Source: Candidatus Hermodarchaeota archaeon (GTDB lineage Archaea; Asgardarchaeota; Hermodarchaeia; Hermodarchaeales; Hermodarchaeaceae). Taken from it: a stretch of DNA of 19,691 bases. Positions 1 through 8,900 of this stretch are shown here, piece after piece. Location of the stretch: assembly GCA_016839365.1 (NCBI GenBank), contig JAEOUH010000061.1, positions 1 through 19,691 on the forward strand. The letters run 5' to 3'. A program made the translations under genes and the position numbers. The first letter of the stretch is position 1, and the number at the start of each line of letters is the position of its first letter. The notes below the pieces were generated by a model. The model had not been told where the DNA came from. It saw only the letters and a list, made by a program, of their open reading frames with translations, and did no database searches.

Positions 1-537
1 CCCACGTTCTGGTTGGGCATGATGTTCATTCTCCTCTTCGGCTTCTACATCCCCATCTTCCCCATGGGCGGCACAGTCAGCGTGCCCCCACCGGCTGACC
101 CCCTCGCCTACGCGTTGGACGTGGCCTGGCACCTGTTCCTCCCCTCCATTACCCTGGCCCTCGTCTCGTATGGAGGGTACATGCTCGTGATGCGCAATAC
201 CCTCATTGACGTGCTCACCGAAGACTACATCGTCACCGCACGGGCCAAGGGGGTAGATGAACGCTCAGTTCTCTACAAGCATGCCTTACGCAATGCTATT
301 CTTCCACTGGTGACTATGATTGCGTTGACCTTTGGCTTCCTTATAACTGGAGCCACTTTAACAGAAACGGTGTTTAATTGGTATGGAATTGGACGACTCA
401 TCTTCGAATCAGTGATAGCCCAAAATTATCCTGTGCTGCAGGCGATTTTCTACATTATGGCGCTCACTGTGATTATCGCGAATTTCATCGCAGACATCCT
501 TTATGGCTTCTTAGATCCTCGCGTTCGATATGATTGA
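1..537 (+). CDS. dppB: Dipeptide/oligopeptide ABC transporter permease DppB/OppB, 5'-truncated by the window edge
   Basis: Frame is open from base 1 (PTFWLGMMF...). Shows 'WHLFLPSITL', the EAA loop 'EDYIVTARAKGVDERSVLYKHALRNA', 'ETVFNWYGIG' and the C-terminal 'ADILYGFLDPRVR' typical of DppB. Directly upstream of dppC/D/F. Confidence 0.95.
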   Translation, partial: PTFWLGMMFILLFGFYIPIFPMGGTVSVPPPADPLAYALDVAWHLFLPSITLALVSYGGYMLVMRNTLIDVLTEDYIVTARAKGVDERSVLYKHALRNAILPLVTMIALTFGFLITGATLTETVFNWYGIGRLIFESVIAQNYPVLQAIFYIMALTVIIANFIADILYGFLDPRVRYD

Positions 538-553
538 AAGAGATGGTGAAAGT

Positions 554-2638
554 ATGGTTCGATGGAATGAATATCGTGATCGACTTCTCGGATTTTGGAG
601 AGAATACCGTAAAAGCAAGATGGGGCTCTCAGGCATAATTATTATCCTATTCTTTACAGGGATGGCGGTAACAGCACCCTTTATTATGCCTTGGCCGTCC
701 CCCATTCTTCCTAACCAAGCACCACCCATCGCCGCTCCCATGTGGCTCCTACCATTAGACCCCATTGGATATACAACCGTATACCCACTAGAAAATTATA
801 ATTTTAATTCAAACGCTGATGGATGGGAGTATAATGAGTCCATAACTTCGGAAGGGTATAATGTGGTGAATAATTCAAGATTCGATAATAATGCAGACGG
901 GTGGTCACCTCTGGTATTCAACCCAGGCGGAATAACGACCACGTCGTATAATCCCTCCGAAGGTTCTACTTTGTCGGGTGGAAGCGGGCCTGGCTGTTAT
1001 GAATTCACTTACAACGATGAGGCTATAGGGCTGGCTTATGGGCAAACCGATATCTTCCTTGACTATGACTTCACTTGGTTTGCTGATAGGTTTCCACCTG
1101 GAGTAATGAGTGTCCATCCCTATAATGTTATCATTAGTTATTCGATCGAATACATACTTGACAATACACCCGACGAAGTAGCGAGTACTGAGTCAATCTT
1201 CAGTATCGAAATGATGAATTCCACAGGCATTCCTATTGAGGTCTATTCAAGACGCTATATCACAACAGGTGCTCGCCCATGGTCTCCTCGAACTGAAGCG
1301 TTGAACTCTTCAGATATTTTTATGATCTTTACTACCACAGACCTGATGGCCCTACGTTTCCATCTCCAAATCTGGAATCCCTTCGTATTAGACACACCTA
1401 CGATTACTCTTCGATTGGATGACATTCAATGCCAAATTCGTGCATCCTATGCAGATCCACTCAATAATGCTTTGATGACTGGTGCCTTCAGCTCAACTGA
1501 TGGTAGTAATGTGAGTGGACCCGGAAGTTATCGCTTTGCCTTTGAAGATAATGATAACACAACTGCCCACTTTGGTTCGACATCATGGATTCAGTACCAG
1601 TTTCCATGGAATGTACTGGATACCCCAGAAGAAGTCTATTTCACTTACTATTACCGAGTTCAAGCTGAGAATGGTTGGGGTGACACCTACGTCAACATCA
1701 TCCAAGAATGCTATGTGGAAAATACTGGAGAACTAATTCAGATTTATTACTCTGATAACATTAGAGCAGATCGACCTTGGCAAACAGGACCAAGAGTACG
1801 CTGGAATGTCTTCGAACGAAGTGACACCTTTGGCCAACAAGGAAACTTGGATGTCCGTTTCCGTGTATTAATCACCGATCCAACCCCTGAGGATACCGCC
1901 AGGATCATCGTTGGCGTTGACGATTGTATCCTGGAGGTTTGGGGGAACTATTTCGGAAATCTCGGTGCCGGTGTCTATGGTGAGGACTTGTTCGCTCAAC
2001 TACTTTGGGGCGCACGAATTGCACTAATTGTCGGTCTTTCCGCTGCTTTTATTGCAACTTTTGTTGGTCTCATCGTTGGTCTGATTTCCGGATACTTCGG
2101 TGGTTATGTTGATGAAGTTCTGATGCGAATTACCGACTTCTTCTTAGTCATCCCAGGACTCCCGCTAATGATTGTACTTGCAGCCATCCTCGAACCAAGA
2201 TGGTACAATATCGTCTTAGTAATTGCACTAGTCGGGTGGACAGGGACAGCCCGGCTAGTCCGGTCACAAGTATTAGCTGAACGGCAAAAAGCCTACGTTG
2301 AGGCCGCTCATGCCATTGGTGCAAGTGATCTCTACATTATCTTTCGTCATATACTCCCCAACGTTACCCCGCTTCTCTTTGCCCAAATAACCCTAGGTGT
2401 TGCTGGAGCAATTCTTTCAGAAGCAGGTCTGAGTTTCTTAGGATTAACTCATCCATACGATGTCAGTTGGGGTCGAATGCTCCAAGCCGCAGCGTCTGGC
2501 GGAGCTTACACACAAGGTGCCTGGTGGTATCTCTTCTTCCCTGGCATGTGCATCGTGCTCCTTGCCATGTCCTTTACCTTAGTCGGCTATGCAGTCGATG
2601 AAATTCTCAACCCACGACTACGAATTCGAAGACAATGA
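554..2638 (+). CDS. dppC: Dipeptide/oligopeptide ABC transporter permease DppC/OppC with a ~390-aa extracytoplasmic insertion
   Basis: N-terminal OppC_N-like segment 'FWREYRKSKMGLSGIIIILFF'. C-terminal BPD_transp_1 core 'LLWGARIALIVG...GYFGGYVDEVLMRITD...YVEAAHAIGAS...RHILPN...SEAGLSFLGL...WGRML...DEILNPR'. ATG 554 is preferred because GGTGA lies at 545-549; ATG 530, overlapping the dppB end, is the alternative start. Confidence 0.92.
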   Translation: MVRWNEYRDRLLGFWREYRKSKMGLSGIIIILFFTGMAVTAPFIMPWPSPILPNQAPPIAAPMWLLPLDPIGYTTVYPLENYNFNSNADGWEYNESITSEGYNVVNNSRFDNNADGWSPLVFNPGGITTTSYNPSEGSTLSGGSGPGCYEFTYNDEAIGLAYGQTDIFLDYDFTWFADRFPPGVMSVHPYNVIISYSIEYILDNTPDEVASTESIFSIEMMNSTGIPIEVYSRRYITTGARPWSPRTEALNSSDIFMIFTTTDLMALRFHLQIWNPFVLDTPTITLRLDDIQCQIRASYADPLNNALMTGAFSSTDGSNVSGPGSYRFAFEDNDNTTAHFGSTSWIQYQFPWNVLDTPEEVYFTYYYRVQAENGWGDTYVNIIQECYVENTGELIQIYYSDNIRADRPWQTGPRVRWNVFERSDTFGQQGNLDVRFRVLITDPTPEDTARIIVGVDDCILEVWGNYFGNLGAGVYGEDLFAQLLWGARIALIVGLSAAFIATFVGLIVGLISGYFGGYVDEVLMRITDFFLVIPGLPLMIVLAAILEPRWYNIVLVIALVGWTGTARLVRSQVLAERQKAYVEAAHAIGASDLYIIFRHILPNVTPLLFAQITLGVAGAILSEAGLSFLGLTHPYDVSWGRMLQAAASGGAYTQGAWWYLFFPGMCIVLLAMSFTLVGYAVDEILNPRLRIRRQ

Positions 2639-2651
2639 GGAGGAAACCAAG

Positions 2652-3629
2652 GTGACAGTATTAGAAGTAAATCATCTCAAGGCGTACTTCTTCCTTGAAG
2701 CAGGTGAAGTCAAAGCGGTGGACGATGTATCGTTTTCCATCGAGCGAGGGGAAACCCTTGGGCTAGCAGGCGAATCTGGCTGTGGAAAATCGACGACCGC
2801 TTATGCATTACTCAATCTTCTTCCCTACCCAGGACGTATTGTCTCTGGAGAAGTACTTCTCGATGGCGAAGATTTGACCAAGAAAAGCCCCGATGAGATG
2901 CGTCAAATTCGTTGGGATGAAATCTCAATGGTCTTTCAAGGAGCAATGAATGCCCTCAACCCGGTTCTTCGAGTTGGTGACCAAATCGTAGAAGCCATTA
3001 CCCTTCATGAAGACATTTCTGTCGATGAAGCCTATAAGAAAATGGAAGATATTCTTGAGGTAGTCGGTGTTGACCCAACCCGTGCATCTAATTATCCTCA
3101 TGAGTTCAGCGGCGGTATGAAGCAACGTGTCATGATTGCCATGGCGCTTGTAACCGAACCAAAAGTCCTTATTGCCGATGAACCAACCACTGCCCTCGAT
3201 GTTACTGTTGAAGCCCAAGTCCTCAAACTCCTAAAGAGTCTCCAAAAGAAATTCCAGCTATCAGTAATTCTGATCACCCATGATCTGGCCACGATTGCTG
3301 AAGCTTGTGACCGAGTAGCCATTATGTACGCAGGACAAATCGTCGAGCTAGCGGATGTAGTTACAATCTTCAAAGAACGACTTCACCCATATACAGAGGG
3401 TCTAATTCGATCTGTACCAAGTCTGTTGGGTACCGAACAACTTGTACATATTCCAGGAGCTCCACCGGGTCTGGTTACTCCTCCTGCTGGGTGTCGATTC
3501 CATCCCCGATGCCCAATCGCTACAGATATCTGTATTCAGCAAGAGCCGGAGTTTCGAGAAATTAAAGAGAAACACTACGTTGCCTGTCATCATGCCAATC
3601 AATTATGGGGTAAAAACGTCTGGAAGTAA
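2652..3629 (+). CDS. dppD: Dipeptide/oligopeptide ABC transporter ATP-binding subunit DppD/OppD
   Basis: Walker A GESGCGKS, 'YPHEFSGGMKQR', Walker B 'IADEPTTALD', H-loop 'ITHD', and the C-terminal oligo_HPY domain 'HPYT...GCRFHPRC...C...ACH'. Start placed at GTG 2652 after GAGGAGGA (2637-2644) instead of ATG 2589, which lies inside dppC. Confidence 0.95.
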   Translation: MTVLEVNHLKAYFFLEAGEVKAVDDVSFSIERGETLGLAGESGCGKSTTAYALLNLLPYPGRIVSGEVLLDGEDLTKKSPDEMRQIRWDEISMVFQGAMNALNPVLRVGDQIVEAITLHEDISVDEAYKKMEDILEVVGVDPTRASNYPHEFSGGMKQRVMIAMALVTEPKVLIADEPTTALDVTVEAQVLKLLKSLQKKFQLSVILITHDLATIAEACDRVAIMYAGQIVELADVVTIFKERLHPYTEGLIRSVPSLLGTEQLVHIPGAPPGLVTPPAGCRFHPRCPIATDICIQQEPEFREIKEKHYVACHHANQLWGKNVWK

Positions 3630-3634
3630 TCATC

Positions 3635-4654
3635 ATGACATCAGCAGAAACTCTAATCGAAGTTCGCAACCTGAAGAAATACTTCCCTGTTCGGCGTGGG
3701 TTTGTTGCTCAACTAGTTAGCCGAGAACAAATCTGGGTCAAAGCCGTTGATGATGTGTCTTTTGATATCAGAAAAAATGAAGTCTTTGTGCTTGCAGGGG
3801 AATCCGGATGTGGGAAGACTACAACAGGACGCGTAATACTGAATCTCACTCCACCAAGTGACGGAAGCATAAGATACGGTGGCTTGGATCTTACAGAAAT
3901 CACTAAGCAAGAGATGAAAGCACTTCGACCAAAATTACAGATCATATTCCAGGATCCTTACGAAAGTCTTAATCCTCGACTGAGCATCCATGATAGTATA
4001 GGAGAAGCACTTCAGGTCAACCGCTTGGTAGCGAGTCGTGAAGATCTACTACAACGAATTAAAATGGCTATGGAAGATGTACGGCTTTATCCTCCTGAGG
4101 ACTTTATTTACCGATATCCACACATGCTCAGTGGTGGACAACGTCAACGAGTAGTGATCGCCCGTGCCATCGTAACACAACCTGAATTCATAGTGGCTGA
4201 CGAGCCTGTTTCAATGCTTGACGCCTCTATCCGGGCAGAGATTCTGCATCTTCTTAAGGAATTGATTAAAAAATACGATTTGACCTACCTTTATATTACC
4301 CACGACCTCGCTTCTGCCCGATATATCGGTGATCGGATTGCTATTATGTACTTGGGTAAAATTGTTGAATATGGTCCTGTTGGACGAGTAATCGATAATC
4401 CCAAACATCAATACACGGCAATTCTGGTCTCCGCCGTCCCAATCCCAGACCCTACACTTATTCACACACGCAGAGCTCCAGTCGGCGAAGTTCCCTCACC
4501 AATAAATCCACCACCAGGCTGCCGATTTCATCCCCGCTGTCCTCAAGCAGATGAGCAATGTCGCCAGGAAGAACCACCCTTCAAAGAAGTGGAACCAAAC
4601 CATTTTGCTGCCTGTTGGCATTGGTTTGATCCAAAGCAATGGGAAGACGAGTAG
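3635..4654 (+). CDS. dppF: Dipeptide/oligopeptide ABC transporter ATP-binding subunit DppF/OppF
   Basis: 'EVRNLKKYFPV', GESGCGKT, 'QIIFQDPYESLNPR', 'LSGGQRQR', 'ADEPVSMLD', 'GEVPSPINPPPGCRFHPRC'. Starts 5 bp after the dppD stop. Confidence 0.95.
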   Translation: MTSAETLIEVRNLKKYFPVRRGFVAQLVSREQIWVKAVDDVSFDIRKNEVFVLAGESGCGKTTTGRVILNLTPPSDGSIRYGGLDLTEITKQEMKALRPKLQIIFQDPYESLNPRLSIHDSIGEALQVNRLVASREDLLQRIKMAMEDVRLYPPEDFIYRYPHMLSGGQRQRVVIARAIVTQPEFIVADEPVSMLDASIRAEILHLLKELIKKYDLTYLYITHDLASARYIGDRIAIMYLGKIVEYGPVGRVIDNPKHQYTAILVSAVPIPDPTLIHTRRAPVGEVPSPINPPPGCRFHPRCPQADEQCRQEEPPFKEVEPNHFAACWHWFDPKQWEDE

Positions 4655-4696
4655 CCTTCCATAATTCAGAAGCTAAAGTGATGCAAGATCAACCTC

Positions 4697-5452
4697 TTAG
4701 TCAGTTTTCTTACTGAATAGTTGGTGTACAACCTTTAGGTCTTGAGGAGTTGTTCGCTTCAAGTACTTTGGTTGCGAAAACATTTTGAAAAATTCAGCCA
4801 TTTCATGAAGTTTACCAGAGATATCCAATATTGTTCGCTTCTCAATTTCTTCTTGTTTGATTATCACTTCAATATTCTCAAAAGAGGTATTCGTAAAATA
4901 CTCCTGGGCGTCTGCCGACTCAGGGGGTCTATCAGCAGCAAGGTTGCTAAATGTTATTGCTAGATCTGAATAGATTTCCTTTATGGATTCAAGGGTGCCA
5001 GTGTATTGTTTTCCTTGTAACAATTGGTACGTGACAGCGTGTTGTAGGTCCTCTAAGACATATCGTTTATTTTCCGGATATTCGACTGTGATTTCAGGTG
5101 GAAGGAGAATTGGATCGATTAAGCGGAGTGCATACATATCAGCTTCCATCTCAGAGAGTCCGGATGCTATCAACGCATTTCGCATTTCTCTCCTCGCATA
5201 ATGCCAAATGAGATCAGTATTGATGTGTTGCCCACTGGGAATAACGATGAAATGTAAGCTGATTCCCAAGCCGTATTGGCTCTTAGGTCCACTTAGTAGG
5301 AAGGGGCTTCCCGTATCGATCGGTAATGATGAAATTGTAGAATTTTGAGATTCACGCGGCCTTCGTGGAACCGTTGTTTTGTATAATTTGAGTAGGGGAA
5401 TAAAGAGTGTTGAAGAGGGTGGTTTACGTTTTCGGCGGTAAAAGAGAGGCAA
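4697..5452 (-). CDS. Hypothetical cytoplasmic protein (~250 aa); start uncertain (TTG)
   Basis: Longest ORF filling the gap between dppF and the wHTH gene. Natural composition, basic N-terminus, helical-looking C-terminal half, no recognised motif. Co-directional with the wHTH gene, 55 bp downstream of it. Confidence 0.7.
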   Translation of the reverse strand: MPLFYRRKRKPPSSTLFIPLLKLYKTTVPRRPRESQNSTISSLPIDTGSPFLLSGPKSQYGLGISLHFIVIPSGQHINTDLIWHYARREMRNALIASGLSEMEADMYALRLIDPILLPPEITVEYPENKRYVLEDLQHAVTYQLLQGKQYTGTLESIKEIYSDLAITFSNLAADRPPESADAQEYFTNTSFENIEVIIKQEEIEKRTILDISGKLHEMAEFFKMFSQPKYLKRTTPQDLKVVHQLFSKKTD

Positions 5453-5507
5453 TGATGTTGACTCCGCACAGGATAATGTTGAAACCTACTCATGGGAATA
5501 CATAATG

Positions 5508-5759
5508 CTAACGGTTCATTCGCCGTTCAACATGAAGCATGAAGAGTGTTTGGCGTAAGTCAGTCAGATTAGGAACGCGGGCAATCACGCCTTCGGCGAC
5601 GAGTCGTTTCAACGCATAGCGGACCGTTCGGGGGGCAAGATTTGTGTTTTCGACGATATCCTTACTTGTCATTGGGCCATTATTCTCAATGACGCGGATA
5701 ATCTTCGACGCGCTCGGCGGTTCCTTGTGACTTCTAAACCATTTCACATTGCCACCCAT
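5508..5759 (-). CDS. Small archaeal winged helix-turn-helix transcriptional regulator (MarR/ArsR-like fold)
   Basis: 'PPSASKIIRVIENNGPMTSKDIVENTNLAPRTVRYALKRLVAEGVI...DLRQTLF' matches the pattern of small archaeal wHTH proteins (PPSAK..GP.T...RTVRYAL..L..G...DARQ). Confidence 0.88.
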   Translation of the reverse strand: MGGNVKWFRSHKEPPSASKIIRVIENNGPMTSKDIVENTNLAPRTVRYALKRLVAEGVIARVPNLTDLRQTLFMLHVERRMNR

Positions 5760-5778
5760 CCAGTTCTCTGTAATACTT

Positions 5779-5794
5779 TTTTAAAAGCGTTTCG
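5779..5794 (-). promoter_or_regulatory. Putative BRE/TATA promoter of the wHTH gene (near-leaderless transcript)
   Basis: Minus strand reads CGAAACGC-TTTTAAAA, with the TATA-like element 20-27 nt upstream of ATG 5759. Confidence 0.5.
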
Positions 5795-5885
5795 AATCCG
5801 GAAACGACAATAGTCGAAGAAATCTTCGTAAAATCACTCTCACCTTTTAAAGGATCCACGGTTGGACGAAAAATACACATTAACC

Positions 5886-5893
5886 TATAAAAA
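5886..5893 (+). promoter_or_regulatory. Putative TATA box of the large S8 protease gene
   Basis: TATAAAAA about 57-64 nt upstream of ATG 5950 in the divergent intergenic region. Confidence 0.5.
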
Positions 5894-5949
5894 GCTCATC
5901 CACCCCACTATCCGCAACCCTACTGCAAAGTAGGACAACGGATGGAAAA

Positions 5950-8900
5950 ATGAAAATGAAACATTACGTGCTTCTTAGAACACGTTCTATGACTTCTTTG
6001 ATATTTTCAGCATTACTTATCGCTTCAATGTTTGTCGGTATTACTGCTGTACCAATGGCAAATCTGATGCAATCAGTGTTCACTCCGACATTACCTGGAT
6101 CTATGGAACAGTATCGCCCTTTCTTTGAAGGAGCCGATCAACCCAACCCAGGTGGAACAAGTAAACTAGCGAACTTTGAGAAGAACCTGCATAGCTATCT
6201 GCAAACTGGTGTAATCCCAGAAGGAGTCGTAAAAACACCCAGTGGTATGAGTATAATGCTCGGAGCTGGGTATGAAATCGACTTACCAGCACTCAGTGAG
6301 CATATGAAAATCAACCATGTCATGGACATGGGGATCGGATACATGATCCTCGGTGCTGTCAATTCACCGTATCACCTACGACTTATCGATGCGATGGATT
6401 ACACGGGCCTTATCATGGCTGATGAAATCCTAAACGCACCTGATATGGTTAATATTGATCCTGGTCCTGGGGTCGACAATTTCATGGTCCGGGAAATCAT
6501 TCAGGCTGATATGGCTAATACTGCTGGCTATGATGGCGCCGGTTCAGTTATTGGTGTTGTTGATACAGGAATTGATCATACCCTCGCCGACTTGGCAACA
6601 GCCTATCACACCAACAGTTCGGGCTACCCAACCGCCTTTGATCCAGGTGGAATGGGAATCGCCATAACCGACTGGTCTGGCTCAGCTGTCAGTGGTTATC
6701 TGCTAACAGGTGGTTATGACTTCGATATGGTCTGGTCATATTATCCATATGGAGGGCTCATCCGCCAATCCGACAGCACCTATGGTGTCGTTGCTGACAA
6801 CTTCTGGGTCGGTGTTGGCATGAGTGCGATTCCAAGTCTGTCAGGCACTTACAAAGTAGGTGTCTGTTTGATGTCATCGGATCCTGGAGAACCACGTACC
6901 CGCCAGTTTGTCTTCTTCATGTTGACAGACCCGAACACAGCGGGTGTCTATGACACCATGTACATCGACTGGGAAACCTCACTTGCTGCTTCAGCAGACT
7001 ACAATGGCTGGACTACCCCACCGCTCCCCGCGGATTGGGACTTCACCAACAACATCATCAACGGCAAATACGACTTTGATTCAGTCACTCCTGAACCATT
7101 CTTGATGGCATATGATTCCGATGGTGATAGCTACAACGACTTTGGTCTCGGGCTCTTAGCCACAACCTATGACCTCTTTGGCTTCATCACTGGCGAAATG
7201 GTTTCTGGAATCGATCCTGCTGGAGGTGGCTTTGCCTACTTCTACGATGATGGAGCCCACGGAACCAGCGTCGCTGGTGCAGCTGCAGGTCGAGGAATTC
7301 AACCCTTCGACGTGTATGATAACGGGACGGACTATTACTTGACTGGTGTTGCCCCCGCTGCTGAACTCATGGGTCTAAAGCTCTTCTCCTTTGGCAGCGA
7401 ATTTGAGTGTTGGGCATGGGGCGCCGGATGGCGACCAATCACTACGGACTTGCCTGAGGGCACCTATGAGGATTGGGCTCACACCATCTACATGCCTGGA
7501 TGGGATGACTCAAACCAAGCGCACATTCTCACCAACTCATGGGGTTACATCCTGTGGGAATTTGGTGATAACAATCAGTTCTATAGTGTTGACTGGGCTT
7601 CCTTTGCCATGGACTACTTTAGCACTGGTTGTTTGGGCTATCCCTATCATAACGCCACAGGCAGTTATTTGAGCAACCCCGACTTCCCTGATGGTGCTAT
7701 TGCGGACTCACCACTCTTCGTATTCTCGAGTGGTAACGCTGGCCCTGGTTACTCAACAGCTGGCAGTCCAGTGAGTGCCTCCTGTTTGACAGTTGGTGCA
7801 AGTACGACTCACGCCTACGCTGAGCAAATCTACAACCCTGATCTCGAATTCGGTCCACAAGGCTATGACCAAATGGCCTTCTTCTCGAGTAACGGTCCGA
7901 CACCTAGCGCACTGCCTAAGCCAGATGTTGTCGCGCCTGGCCTAGCTGGCTTTGAAGTGACACCGCTCTGGCGTGCGAGAACCCTAGGTACTGAAGCCTT
8001 CCGCACCTTTAGTGGAACCAGTATGGCCGCACCTATCGCAGCCGGTGTAGCTGCCCTGGTCGTTGAAGCAATGGATGATGGACCCTTTGGTCCTTGGCCA
8101 GTCGTGGGTGATTATCCTGTGTCATTGCCATATGGCTTTGATGGCGGATTGATTAAGACCATTATCAAATCTTCCACCGATGACATTGGTCATGCCGTGC
8201 TACGCCAAGGATCTGGTCGAGTGAATGCCTACAAGGCAGTAGCTATGGCTGTAGGTAATGAAACCCTTACACCAGCGGGAACAGATTATCTGCTTCAGTT
8301 ATGGTGTAACAACACCTTCATGAACTACGCAATCGGCTACCAGACAAACTATGCCGTAGTAGAGAGTTGGATTCACAATTCCACCCTTGCTATCGCACGA
8401 ACGGGTAACTCACCATACAATGATCCCAACACCTTCAGTGGTGCTTGGTTCTGGATCATGATGAATGGTTATGACGCCGGTTACACACCCAATGCAGCCT
8501 ACATGCACCCCGGTTCTCATGGTCTTTGGGCTCCCAACGTGACCATGATGGACGCAGGCTTCATGACCTATGCCATGAATCCAGGTGACACCCAAGATGT
8601 CGGATTCATTGCAGCCACAGGTGGCTTGAGCAGTATCACTGGTGGAGTTGATGCTGAATGGTATGAACTCGTCGGTGAAGAGAGTGCCTCCTTCTTCTCG
8701 ACTTCCCCAGCAACGGCCTATCCACTGTTTGGTTCCTATCCAGGGATTAACAACTTCGACGCTGCATTCGCTGCAGACTTCCTAGCTGCCGATTATGCCG
8801 TCATCACCTTAACATACGATACAGGGACCTTCAAGGATCTCTGGGACTTTACTTACGAATACTATTATGGTGGCGACACCAACTACTGCTTCCTCTTTGA

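Noticed and set aside
2589-2651. N-terminal extension of DppD (MQSMKFSTHD...) overlapping dppC by 50 bp
   Set aside because: GTG 2652 has a strong GAGGAGGA upstream and gives the canonical 'MTVLEV..L' start.
3480-4620. Cys clusters (CRFHPRC...C...ACH/ACW) in both peptide ABC ATPases
   Set aside because: Standard oligo_HPY C-terminal domain of DppD/DppF, with known Fe-S-binding cysteines; not novel.
1-4654. No dppA substrate-binding gene, raising the idea that the DppC insert replaces it
   Set aside because: The operon is cut by the window edge and dppA normally lies upstream, so absence cannot be claimed. The insert does not resemble an SBP_bac_5 fold.
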